From Thainema sp. (lineage in GTDB: Bacteria; Cyanobacteriota; Cyanobacteriia; Phormidesmidales; Phormidesmidaceae), in NCBI GenBank assembly GCA_052168235.1, contig JBQLZK010000011.1, positions 1 to 64,000 of the forward strand: a DNA stretch of 64,000 bases. The letters are read 5' to 3'. This document shows, one piece after another, positions 1 to 8,870 of this stretch. The notes under the pieces were generated by a model. That model was given only the letters and a program-made list of their open reading frames with translations, did no database searches and was not told the origin of the DNA. Positions within the stretch are counted from its first letter, which is position 1. Each line of letters begins with the position of its first letter. A program made the position numbers and the translations under genes.

Positions 1-58
1 ATCCCACCTTATGATCTCATATTGAGATCGCTTTGGCTATTTTTCGAAGTACCCTAAT

Positions 59-99
59 GATTTTTGGGTGTGTGGGCACTGTCCACACACCCAAAAATC
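59..99. repeat. Palindromic dispersed repeat (17-bp stem)
   Basis: GATTTTTGGGTGTGTGG-gcactgt-CCACACACCCAAAAATC. Confidence 0.75.
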
Positions 100-143
100 G
101 TTACCTTTTGAGGACTATCAAATCACGAAATTCTGGGTGAAAG

Positions 144-917
144 ATGGCAACACAAGCAGAGACTGAGCAACTTGATCAACCTGTCGTCTTTGAGCGACTG
201 TTAAGCATCTTAGATGAACTGTATGAAAAGATTGGTAGCCATCTAACCGTTTTTCCAACGGGTCAGCAACCGTTCCAAGATTTCACGAGTCCCGATAATA
301 CTATTAGCGGTTCACTTCTGACATTTACTGGAGAAATTATCGACAAGCTTATTTATACAAACGTCAATGCAATGCCGATGGGTTTTGGCACTATGCGTTT
401 GGTCATTTGGCTAAATTCATCTATTCAAGTTCCCCATTTAGCTTTTGAGTTCGGCACTACACCCGACATATTTTTCTACATGGACTATATTCCTAGAGTC
501 GATTTATGGGCTGACTTGAGCTACTTCGAACGCTACTACCAAGCGATGGATTCCACTTATTTAAGCCTCAGACAGAACTCTGACTTATCCGTATTCGTAA
601 GTAAGAGCTTGTACGTCAGACAATTACAGTCTCCCGCTCACCTTTGCTTTACTGGCTCCAACCCGAAAGCTTCTCTCGATCTAGTTCAGAATCTTTCACA
701 TGAAATGTGCGATCGCTGGTTAACTTGGATCAATCAAGCCGAACCAGTACCTGAAGAAAGCCGAAATACTTTAGCAGAGCGGGATTTGCAAATGCGGCGG
801 ATTGGTGCAGAACGCGATCCTGGAAATGCTGCGATCGCAAAAATATTCGGTGAAGACTTTACCCATCAACTCGTGCGAGCACTATGGGAAAAAGAGCCTA
901 CAGTGACTGATGAGTGA
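144..917 (+). CDS. Red chlorophyll catabolite reductase-like protein (ferredoxin-dependent bilin reductase superfamily)
   Basis: 257 aa; motifs VPHLAFEF, FYMDYIPRVDL..DLSYFERYY, SLYVRQ..SP and ERD..RR...ERDP resemble RCCR family. Confidence 0.75.
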   Translation: MATQAETEQLDQPVVFERLLSILDELYEKIGSHLTVFPTGQQPFQDFTSPDNTISGSLLTFTGEIIDKLIYTNVNAMPMGFGTMRLVIWLNSSIQVPHLAFEFGTTPDIFFYMDYIPRVDLWADLSYFERYYQAMDSTYLSLRQNSDLSVFVSKSLYVRQLQSPAHLCFTGSNPKASLDLVQNLSHEMCDRWLTWINQAEPVPEESRNTLAERDLQMRRIGAERDPGNAAIAKIFGEDFTHQLVRALWEKEPTVTDE

Positions 918-1047
918 CCTTAGCAGCCGCAAAGTAACTCCATGCAGCCACGTTTGGTTAATGCTGTTAAAAAACAGGCCGATTCTCTAGAATTGCTGTA
1001 GGCTAATCGGGGTAGATGAAAATTGTTGGTTTACGGGGAAACCAATC

Positions 1048-1593
1048 ATGCTGACCGACCTGCAAAAACGCAAGCTGACCAAGTTTTTTAGCCTATATGA
1101 TTCCGACTATACCGGAGTCCTGGTGAAAAAAGACTTTGAACTCATGTTCCAAAAGCTATCGAACCTACGCAATTGGTCGAAGCGATCGCCACGGTGCATT
1201 TTGCTGGAAGACAAATTGATGCGTAAGTGGGAGCAGCTCCGGCAGAAGGCCGACACTCATCACAATAAAGAAGTTTCTATTGATGAATGGCTGGCCTATT
1301 ACGACGAGATGCTGACAGACTCCCAAACCTGCGCCGAAGAAGTTGCTAGCCTGATGGATCTGATTTTTGATGTCTTTGACTCTGACGAAGACGGCAAAAT
1401 CAACCAGCAGGAATGGGGACAGCTCCTGGCTGCGTTCAACCAGTCGCCGGTCTACGCTCCCCTGGTTTTTCCCTCATTGGATGCCGATCAAGACGGCTGG
1501 TTGTCCAAGGACGAAATCTTGACGCTTTTCCAGGAGTTCTGCTCTGGCAACGATCCGCAGAGTCCAGCTAATGGTATGTTTGGCCCCTATTAA
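1048..1593 (+). CDS. Four-EF-hand calcium-binding protein (calerythrin/SCP/aequorin-like fold)
   Basis: EF loops DSDYTGVLVKKDF, DTHHNKEVSIDEW, DSDEDGKINQQEW, DADQDGWLSKDEI; C-terminal ANGMFGPY. Confidence 0.85.
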   Translation: MLTDLQKRKLTKFFSLYDSDYTGVLVKKDFELMFQKLSNLRNWSKRSPRCILLEDKLMRKWEQLRQKADTHHNKEVSIDEWLAYYDEMLTDSQTCAEEVASLMDLIFDVFDSDEDGKINQQEWGQLLAAFNQSPVYAPLVFPSLDADQDGWLSKDEILTLFQEFCSGNDPQSPANGMFGPY

Positions 1594-1639
1594 AGTAACG
1601 CCAACTTCCGATAGCTTGCATTGAAATAGCACTACTCCA

Positions 1640-2005
1640 TGTCATTAATTTTGCTGAGCAGGACTATGTCGCCATTGATGTCCATATTGATGCGACATTG
1701 ATGGCGTCCATGATAAGAGAGCACGAATCTAATTTGCCAATTGACTGCATCCACCAAGCTCAGGCCATTTTACGGCAAAACTTACAGGCACCACCCGCCA
1801 TCATGAGCTGGCTCGGCGAGTGGGTCTCAATGATTTCAAGCTGAAACAGGGCTTCCGTGAGGTACTGAATACGACAGTGTTTGGCTATGTGACTCAACAA
1901 CGAATGGAACAAGCTTGTCAGTTACTCATGGAACAGCGAGCGGTGGCTGCCGTTGCCCAGGAGGTCGGCTATGCCAGCCCCACGGCGTTTAGTAGTGCGT
2001 TTCGG
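1640..2005 (+). pseudogene. PchR-type AraC regulator remnant (internal deletion, frameshift, truncated)
   Basis: Pieces VAIDVHID, DCIHQAQAILRQNLQAPP, frameshift near 1805, ELARRVGLNDFKLKQGFREVLNTTVFGY...VGYASPTAFSSAFR; start approximate. Confidence 0.75.
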
Positions 2006-2177
2006 CTCGGTAATTCTAGGGCCAGCCCTGGGTGGAGTGCTCTATCCGCTGATTGGTCTGCCCGGTATTTTAGGAGTTGATTTGACCAGCTTTGGAGTTG
2101 CGATCGCAACCTTGATCACCTGCTCTATTCCTCAGCCAACCAGCGATCAAATGATTCATTTTCGACTCACTTTATAG
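2000..2177 (+). pseudogene. Internal fragment of an MFS (macrolide-efflux-like) transporter
   Basis: GSVILGPALGGVLYPLIGLPGILGVDLTSFGVAIATL..IPQP, typical MFS mid-protein helices; no start. Confidence 0.65.
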
Positions 2178-2374
2178 CCCCCGAAATACTGATGATGTCT
2201 AAGGTAGTTGGGCCACCCATTGCCAGTCAATGCATTTGCCAACCTGAGCAACAGGTAACAAATTGAGAAGCGAGATAAAGGAACCCAAATATTGCTAATT
2301 CTTTTGTAAAAGAAGCGCCTCAACCTTTGATCTATCGCACTTAATAGAAATAGCCGAATTGAGCATAAATACTC

Positions 2375-2608
2375 ATGAAACCTATTTGTGAATCTCCCTT
2401 GGCAGTCTCCTTGACCCAAGAACTCCCCCAGCGTCTCAGAGCGCATTCCTATTCCATTATCGATTTGGCACAGGAAATTGCTCAAGACTTTGAATGTCCC
2501 CTCTGCGAAATCTTGACCCCGATGGGCGAGGCTTTGATGGTGCTGGCCGAACAGCATCAAATTATGTTCGATCGCAGTCGCAAGCAGGTTATGTTGACCA
2601 GTGCATAA
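2375..2608 (+). CDS. Small hypothetical protein
   Basis: 77-aa ATG ORF with protein-like composition. Confidence 0.5.
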   Translation: MKPICESPLAVSLTQELPQRLRAHSYSIIDLAQEIAQDFECPLCEILTPMGEALMVLAEQHQIMFDRSRKQVMLTSA

Positions 2609-2723
2609 GCGCTCCATGCTGTTGAGGCTACTGGAAATGAGATTATCCGGCGAGACACACTCCAAGCACACGTCGGCTCAGTCCGCCTTCCACTGTTTAT
2701 GGTTAGTGTCTTGAGGCTGCGCC

Positions 2724-2756
2724 AAATTTCACCGGATAGGAGCCAAAAAACTCCGT
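2724..2756 (+). promoter_or_regulatory. Putative AraC/PchR operator (tandem CCG half-sites, 21-bp period)
   Basis: aaatttcaCCGgataggagccaaaaaacTCCGt; same pattern precedes each TBDR. Confidence 0.5.
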
Positions 2757-2823
2757 TTAGGAATCCTACAGAGGCCCAATTGCCGCTAAGCTACTGGCTG
2801 AGGTAATTAAGCAATGCTGTTGT

Positions 2824-4758
2824 ATGAGTGAATTGGGCCAATCGTATCGTCAACTATTAGTTACCCATCTCAGACCTCAACGGCTGCGGGTGCTGTGGTT
2901 ATCCATTACGCTACTTGCGGGAATTGGGCTACAGGTACTGAATCCCCAGATTTTGCGCTACTTCATCGACACCGCCGTCGCCGGTGGATCGCAGCGGGTG
3001 CTGGTGTTAGCGGCATTGGGATTTATTGCGATCGCAATTTTGCGACAGGGCTTCGAAATTGTAACCACTTATTTGAGTGAAACCGTTGCTTGGACGGCTA
3101 CAAACAACTTGCGGCTAGCTCTTGTACGGCACACGCTCCAGCTCGATATGGCCTTTTATAAAGCTCATACCCCCGGCGAACTGATTGAACGGGTCGATGG
3201 GGATGTCGATGCGCTTTCCCGTTTCTTTTCCCAGTTTGTGCTGCAAGTGCTAGGCAATGGTTTATTGGTGATCAGCATCTTAGTTGTGCTGTGGCTGGAA
3301 GACTGGCGAGCGGGGCTGAGCCTGAGTCTGTTTGCCCTCGCATCATTTGGGGCTTTAGCTGGACTGCAAGCGCTGGCTGTTACTCCCTGGCGAATCTATC
3401 GCCAAATTAGTGCAGAATTTTACGGATTCGTGGCGGACCACCTCAGCGGCTTGGAGGATATTCAGGCCAATGGTGCCGTTGGCTATGTGATGAATCGCTT
3501 CTACACCATCATGCGCCGCTGGCTAGCAGCGTTCCACAAAGCCCGCTTCACCAGCACCCTGCTCTGGGGCAGCACGGTTGGGTTGTTTACGATCGGAAAT
3601 GCGATCGCACTTGCCGTTGGAGCGTATCTCTGGCAGCGCAACGCCATCACCATCGGCACCGTCTACCTCCTCTTCTACTACGCCACCCTCCTGCGCGATC
3701 CGATCGAGCGCATCCGCGAAGAACTCGAACAGTTTCAACAAGCCACCGCCAGCCTGCAACGCATTCAGAACTTGCTGGCTCAGCAATCTCACATTCATCC
3801 CGGTGGTCAAGCCGTCTTGCCGTCAGGAGCCTTGTCAGTTGAGTTTAAGAATGTGTGGTTTCGCTATGGGGAGGAGAGTGAGAGGGTAGGAGAGTGGGAG
3901 AGTAAAGGGGATGAAGGTAATGGGTTTCAGGTACTAGGTACTGGGTCGCAGGCAGCACCTGATACCCAACACCCAACACCTAACACCCAACACCTAACAC
4001 CCAACACTCATCTACCCTCCTCCCCATCCACCCTCCTCCCCATCCACCCTTCTCCCCATCCACCCTCCCACACCCTCCACAACCTCACCTTCCACCTCCC
4101 TGCTGGTCAAACCCTTGGCTTACTGGGCCGTACAGGCAGCGGCAAGAGTACCCTCGTCAGGCTGCTACTGCGTCTCTATGACATTCAACAGGGGCAGATT
4201 TGCCTCGGTGGAATAGATATTAGTCAAGCTGCGCTGGCAGAACTGCCGCACCGCATTGGTTTTGTCACTCAGGATGTTCAGCTTTTTCAAACAACGGTAC
4301 GCAATAATCTAACCTTCTTTAATCCGCACATTCCCGATGCAGCTATTCTGCAAACCTTGGCTGAATTAGGCTTATCCCCTTGGCTGGAAGCCTTACCCCA
4401 AGGATTGGACACCGAACTAGGAGCCGATAGCGGTGGACTGTCGGCAGGACAGGCGCAGCTACTGGCCTTTGCCCGAGTGTTCCTAAAAGATCCGGGACTG
4501 GTGGTGCTGGATGAGGCGTCGTCGCGTCTTGATCCCCTGACAGAGCAGCTGATTAAGCAAGCGGTAGATCGGCTGCTGCAAAATCGCACGGGTATTATCA
4601 TTGCCCATCGATTGAAAACAGTGGAACGAGTCGATCAAATCTTGATTCTGGAGCAGGGACAAATCGTTGAGTACGGCAATCGCACATCGCTGATGGCTGA
4701 TCCCGATTCTCGATTTGCGCGCTTGCTCAAAACTGGCGCTGTGGCAAAGCCGATCTGA
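2824..4758 (+). CDS. ABC transporter fused permease/ATPase, siderophore-island type (probable heterodimer half A)
   Basis: TM domain, Walker A GRTGSGKS, signature LSAGQ, Walker B VVLDEA, AHRL; in-frame repeat insertion ~3868-4071. Confidence 0.9.
   Translation: MSELGQSYRQLLVTHLRPQRLRVLWLSITLLAGIGLQVLNPQILRYFIDTAVAGGSQRVLVLAALGFIAIAILRQGFEIVTTYLSETVAWTATNNLRLALVRHTLQLDMAFYKAHTPGELIERVDGDVDALSRFFSQFVLQVLGNGLLVISILVVLWLEDWRAGLSLSLFALASFGALAGLQALAVTPWRIYRQISAEFYGFVADHLSGLEDIQANGAVGYVMNRFYTIMRRWLAAFHKARFTSTLLWGSTVGLFTIGNAIALAVGAYLWQRNAITIGTVYLLFYYATLLRDPIERIREELEQFQQATASLQRIQNLLAQQSHIHPGGQAVLPSGALSVEFKNVWFRYGEESERVGEWESKGDEGNGFQVLGTGSQAAPDTQHPTPNTQHLTPNTHLPSSPSTLLPIHPSPHPPSHTLHNLTFHLPAGQTLGLLGRTGSGKSTLVRLLLRLYDIQQGQICLGGIDISQAALAELPHRIGFVTQDVQLFQTTVRNNLTFFNPHIPDAAILQTLAELGLSPWLEALPQGLDTELGADSGGLSAGQAQLLAFARVFLKDPGLVVLDEASSRLDPLTEQLIKQAVDRLLQNRTGIIIAHRLKTVERVDQILILEQGQIVEYGNRTSLMADPDSRFARLLKTGAVAKPI
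3868..4071. repeat. Nested in-frame repeat insertion (G-rich/C-rich outer arms, inner ACACC[C/T]A heptamer array)
   Basis: GAGAGTGGGAGAGT ... acccaac acccaac acctaac acccaac acctaac ... CCCCATCCACCCT repeats. Confidence 0.8.
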
Positions 4759-4784
4759 TTCCTTTCTACTGTTGCGGGAAACTG

Positions 4785-4825
4785 TTGACATGCGATCGCA
4801 AATAAATGAGAATTCTTCTTATTTG
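4785..4825 (+). promoter_or_regulatory. Putative promoter (-35 TTGACA) and Fur-like box for AraC #1
   Basis: TTGACA 4785-4790 followed by AATGAGAATTCTTCTTATT. Confidence 0.5.
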
Positions 4826-4865
4826 TGATCAGCTAACAGTCTCCTTTAGCCCAATACCTCCCTAA

Positions 4866-5861
4866 ATGACGATTATTCTCTCAGAAAAAGCGCTGTCCGC
4901 CTTGTCGTCAACGGACTCAGCAAATCTGGAACCCAGTCACCACAGCAATTTTGAGCTGACTATTCAGTCGCCAAAATCTCAGAGCCGAGGGTATAAACGA
5001 TCGCTTAACCTGCGCCACGGATTGAACCTGCTAATTCGGGACTATTGGCTACAGGAAGAGCTGATTGAAGAGAATCTACCTGAACCGACAGGACGCACAC
5101 TGGAATTGGGGTTCAATATGCTGGTTGGTCATGAAGATGCCATTCAAAGCCGTCAGGGTGACTCTCATAGCTTTTTGCAGCTAGAGTCTAATCGCACAGT
5201 TTTCGATACGCAAGAATGGTGCCTCAAAGGCCGAGTGCTGAAAGTAGACCTGCATCTGAGGACGCAGCAGGAGTCCCAAGCCTTCAGTGCTGAGCAGTTA
5301 GAACTCGTTCCCACTGAGCTGCGCCAGATGATTGACAGGCACCAGGACGGCTGGCACCAGCCTTTAGAGACCATTTCCCCTGCAATTCAGATGGTGCTTC
5401 AGCAAATCCTCAACTGTCCCTACACCGGATCGATTCAGCAGGTGTATCTAGAAGGGAAAGCGCTGGAGCTAATTGCTCTACAAACAGCCCAGTGGGTGCA
5501 GGCTGACTCACCCAACTCTCGTCATCGGCTCAGACCCTCTGACATTGAACGGATACACCAAGCCAAGGAGATCGTAACCCAACGGCTAGAAGACCCTCCA
5601 TCACTGCTAGAACTGGCTCGTGCAGTAGGGGTAAACGATTGCACCCTAAAGAGGGGCTTTCGGCAGGTATTTGGCACGACCGTATTTGGTTATCTGCGGC
5701 AGCAGCGCTTAATCAGAGCACGACAACTGCTGCAAAACCCTGAAATGAGTGTGGCTGAAGTGACATGTCAAGTTGGCTATACCCACTCCGGCCATTTCGC
5801 TGCTGCCTTTAAGCGTGAGTTTGGCGTCAGTCCCAAAGTCTTCAAAAATTCCGTCCTGTGA
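4866..5861 (+). CDS. AraC-family regulator, PchR-like (#1)
   Basis: YLEGKALEL, PPSLLELARAVGVNDCTLKRGFRQVFGTTVFGY, VGY..SGHFAAAFKREFG. Confidence 0.92.
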   Translation: MTIILSEKALSALSSTDSANLEPSHHSNFELTIQSPKSQSRGYKRSLNLRHGLNLLIRDYWLQEELIEENLPEPTGRTLELGFNMLVGHEDAIQSRQGDSHSFLQLESNRTVFDTQEWCLKGRVLKVDLHLRTQQESQAFSAEQLELVPTELRQMIDRHQDGWHQPLETISPAIQMVLQQILNCPYTGSIQQVYLEGKALELIALQTAQWVQADSPNSRHRLRPSDIERIHQAKEIVTQRLEDPPSLLELARAVGVNDCTLKRGFRQVFGTTVFGYLRQQRLIRARQLLQNPEMSVAEVTCQVGYTHSGHFAAAFKREFGVSPKVFKNSVL

Positions 5862-5921
5862 CTAAATCGTTCCGTTCTGTAGCAGACGCGATCGCACCCT
5901 TCGTCGTAAGGTTCCTATAGC

Positions 5922-5944
5922 TAGATGCAAATAATTTGCATCTA
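5922..5944. promoter_or_regulatory. Fur-like palindrome upstream of TBDR #1
   Basis: TAGATGCAAA-TAA-TTTGCATCTA perfect 10-bp inverted repeat in iron-uptake context. Confidence 0.55.
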
Positions 5945-5978
5945 TTATCTTGGATACCTGAATGGTGGTGTGACGGAC

Positions 5979-7187
5979 ATGACTCAGCGGCGAATGGGAT
6001 GGGGTTTACTGGTTGGTGTAGTGGGTGCGATTGCAACAATTGGACAGTTGCCCTCTCAGGCCAATAATAGTGCAGCATTGGCCAATGTTGGCTCTCCAGT
6101 GCTGCATCTTAGTGATCTGGATGCTGCCGCTACTGCGATAGAAGGTGGATCGGTGATTGATGCCGCTATTCTGGCGCAATCGGTTACGCAGGTAACTGGA
6201 GTGCAGGTCAATCCCACAGAAACAGGCGTAGCGATTACCCTGGAAACCGCTGCTGGAGAACTTTCTCCGCCATCAACGGCTGTTGTAGGCAATGCGCTGA
6301 TTGCCGATATTCCCAATGCTACGCTAGCCCTACCTGAAGGAGATGAATTTCAGCAGGTCAGTCCAGTAGAGGGCATTGCCTTGGTGTCCGTTACGCCCAA
6401 TGGCGATGGCATTCGCGTGGCTGTTACTGGCACCGATGCGCCTCCAGCTGTGGAAGTGCAATCCGCCACGCAGGGTTTGGTTTTGAGCGTTGTACCCAGC
6501 ACAGAGGCCACAACCGATGCAGCGGAAGACAGCATTCAGATCGTGGTCACGGGTGAAACCGACGAAGACTCGTATGTTGAAACCGATGTCACGACTGCAA
6601 CCCGGACAGATACTCCTCTGCGCGATATTCCCCAGTCGATTCAGGTGATTCCCCAAGAGGTGATAGAAGATCAGCAGGTGATTCGGTTGGGCGATGCCTT
6701 ACGGAATGTGAGCGGGGTGGGAACGGTCTACGATCCCAGAGGGGCACGATATATCATTCGAGGCTTTTCCAGTTCTTCCGTGCTGCGAGATGGCTTTCGG
6801 TTGACCAATGGCATTTCGGGCAACAGCGGTTTTCCTGAATTGGCGAATATTGAGCAAGTTGAAGTCTTGAAAGGCCCTGCTGCCATCTTGTTTGGAGCCG
6901 CAGAACCCGGAGGCTCAGTTAACCTGATTACGGAACAACCGCTTAGCGATCCGTTCTACGAACTGGGACTTCGCATCGGTAATCGCGAACTGTTTGAGCC
7001 GAGTATTGATCTCTCAGGGCCGTTAACTGAGGATGAACGGGTGCTCTATCGGCTCAATGCCCTCTATCGCACAGAAGACAGTTTCCGTGATTTCGAGAAC
7101 GATATTGAACGGTTTTTTATTGCCCCGATTGTCAGTATTGCAATTAGCGATCGCAGCTTACGAAGAACAAATATAGCAAGCCCGTGA
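5979..7187 (+). pseudogene. TonB-dependent siderophore receptor #1, truncated (AMIN, plug, first barrel strands only)
   Basis: ATRTDTPLRDIPQSIQVIP, EVLKGPAAILFG; homology stops at ISDR (HIP1 site 7147-7154). Confidence 0.88.
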
Positions 7188-7650
7188 AACATTTGCCCCG
7201 ATTGTGGCAACTCATCCCCAGGTTTTGCTGCTAGGCGCAAGAGATGTGAAGGATTCTGTTTATGCAATTGAACCAGAAAGCTATCTGGGAGAACTGTTTG
7301 ACGGATTGGGATTTGAGCTTGTCACTGTTCCCACTCAGCTCAATGCCGATATTTCAATAGAGGTGTTGCCAACACTGGCTGCTGATGCCGACACGATTTT
7401 TGTCCTGGGTTACGATTTGAGTGCGGGCGATGACGCTCAAAAATCCTCATCTGAGAGCGCCCTTAATCGTGCCCTCGATGGCCAAACGGCAACGGCTGAA
7501 CGGAGCTGGCAGGAAAGTGCGATCGCACAATCTCTTCCCGCAAGTCAGCAAAATCGCGTTTTCTTTACCACCTACTACCTGTGGAATGGCTTGAACGGCC
7601 CCATCGGCGCAGAACTGGTGATTGAACAATTGCGCCAATTTCTGCTCTAA
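7147..7650 (+). pseudogene. C-terminal half of an iron-siderophore periplasmic binding protein
   Basis: From HIP1: AIAAYEEQI*QARETFAPIVATHPQVLLL...QSLPASQQNRVFF..YYLWNGLNGPIGAELVIEQL; no N-terminus, internal TAG. Confidence 0.8.
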
Positions 7651-7759
7651 CAAACAGGTGCTTGACTATATTCATCTGCACAGTTAAGAATAATTTGCAT
7701 TAACTGAAAGCTATACAGGTTTCATGTAGGGCTTTATTGTAGGTGCGATCGCAAACACT

Positions 7760-8755
7760 GTGGCAATTACTATTTCACGGGAAGATTACGAGCAACTGTG
7801 GCAGGAGTCCAATCCAGCTCCTGAACTGTCAGCCCATTCAGGCTTTTTTGAAACTCAATGGATGGTGCCTGAGCAATTGGGACAGGGTTATATTCAGTCT
7901 ATACAGTGGTGTGGCATCAATCTCACACTGTATCACTATCAGTTCCATGAAGACGTGCATTTGCTTGAGACAGCACAAGACGGAGCTTTCTCAATGGGTG
8001 AAATCGGGTTTCATCTATCGGGCAATCGATCTGGCAAAAGTACGGGAGAAAACTTTATTGCTTGGGGTCGCTATGACGTTCCAGATGAATGGGTAGAGGT
8101 TACCTATGCCAACGCTCCCATCCTCAAGGTTGATATTCATTTAGAATCGCCAAATGCGCTCAGTCAGTTCATTGCGGATACGCTGAGAGAATTGCCAGCC
8201 GAGATTCGTCGGTGCCTGAAAAACCGTGACGGACACTGGCTGAGTGAGATCAACACGATTACACCTGCGATGCGGTTGCCCCTGGAACAAATCTTTCATT
8301 GTCCATTTCAAGGCAAAACGAAACAGATCTATCTGGAGAGTAAGTGCTTAGAACTGATTGCGCTGAAATTAGAGCAGTTAAAAGAACTAGACAAACACAC
8401 AGGCCCATCCTATTCGCTAAGGCCCGATGATATTGAACGGATTCACCGTGCTAAGACCATTCTCACGGCCAATCTCGATCATCCACCGTCGCTCATGGAA
8501 TTGGCTCGACAGGTGAGCCTTAATGATTACAAGCTCAAAGCTGGATTTCGTCAGGTATTTGGTATCACGGTGTTTGGCTATCTGCATCAGCATCGGATGG
8601 AAACAGCCCGTCAGTTGCTCGGAGAGCAGCGGATGAACGTCAAGGAAGTGGCGCAATCTGTGGGCTATGCGAATCAGAGCCGATTTGCTGCCGCTTTCCG
8701 CAAGCAGTTTGGCATTAACCCTAAAGCCTACTGTTTGAGCACAAAATCCGGCTAG
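7760..8755 (+). CDS. AraC-family regulator, PchR-like (#2)
   Basis: YLESKCLEL, PPSLMELARQVSLNDYKLKAGFRQVFG; Fur-like AAGAATAATTTGCATT upstream (~7686-7701). Confidence 0.92.
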   Translation: MAITISREDYEQLWQESNPAPELSAHSGFFETQWMVPEQLGQGYIQSIQWCGINLTLYHYQFHEDVHLLETAQDGAFSMGEIGFHLSGNRSGKSTGENFIAWGRYDVPDEWVEVTYANAPILKVDIHLESPNALSQFIADTLRELPAEIRRCLKNRDGHWLSEINTITPAMRLPLEQIFHCPFQGKTKQIYLESKCLELIALKLEQLKELDKHTGPSYSLRPDDIERIHRAKTILTANLDHPPSLMELARQVSLNDYKLKAGFRQVFGITVFGYLHQHRMETARQLLGEQRMNVKEVAQSVGYANQSRFAAAFRKQFGINPKAYCLSTKSG

Positions 8756-8870
8756 GGCGCAAAACGATCCGGATGTGAGCGAAAATGCCCTTCCATGCCT
8801 GCCTTCCTTTCGGTATCTTCTTGAGAATAGTTCCTAGTAACATTCAGGTGCTGTTCGTCTCAAGAGGTGT

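Noticed and set aside
2100..2107. HIP1 site as the AraC/MFS junction
   Set aside because: MFS-like sequence continues on both sides; the junction is about 100 bp upstream.
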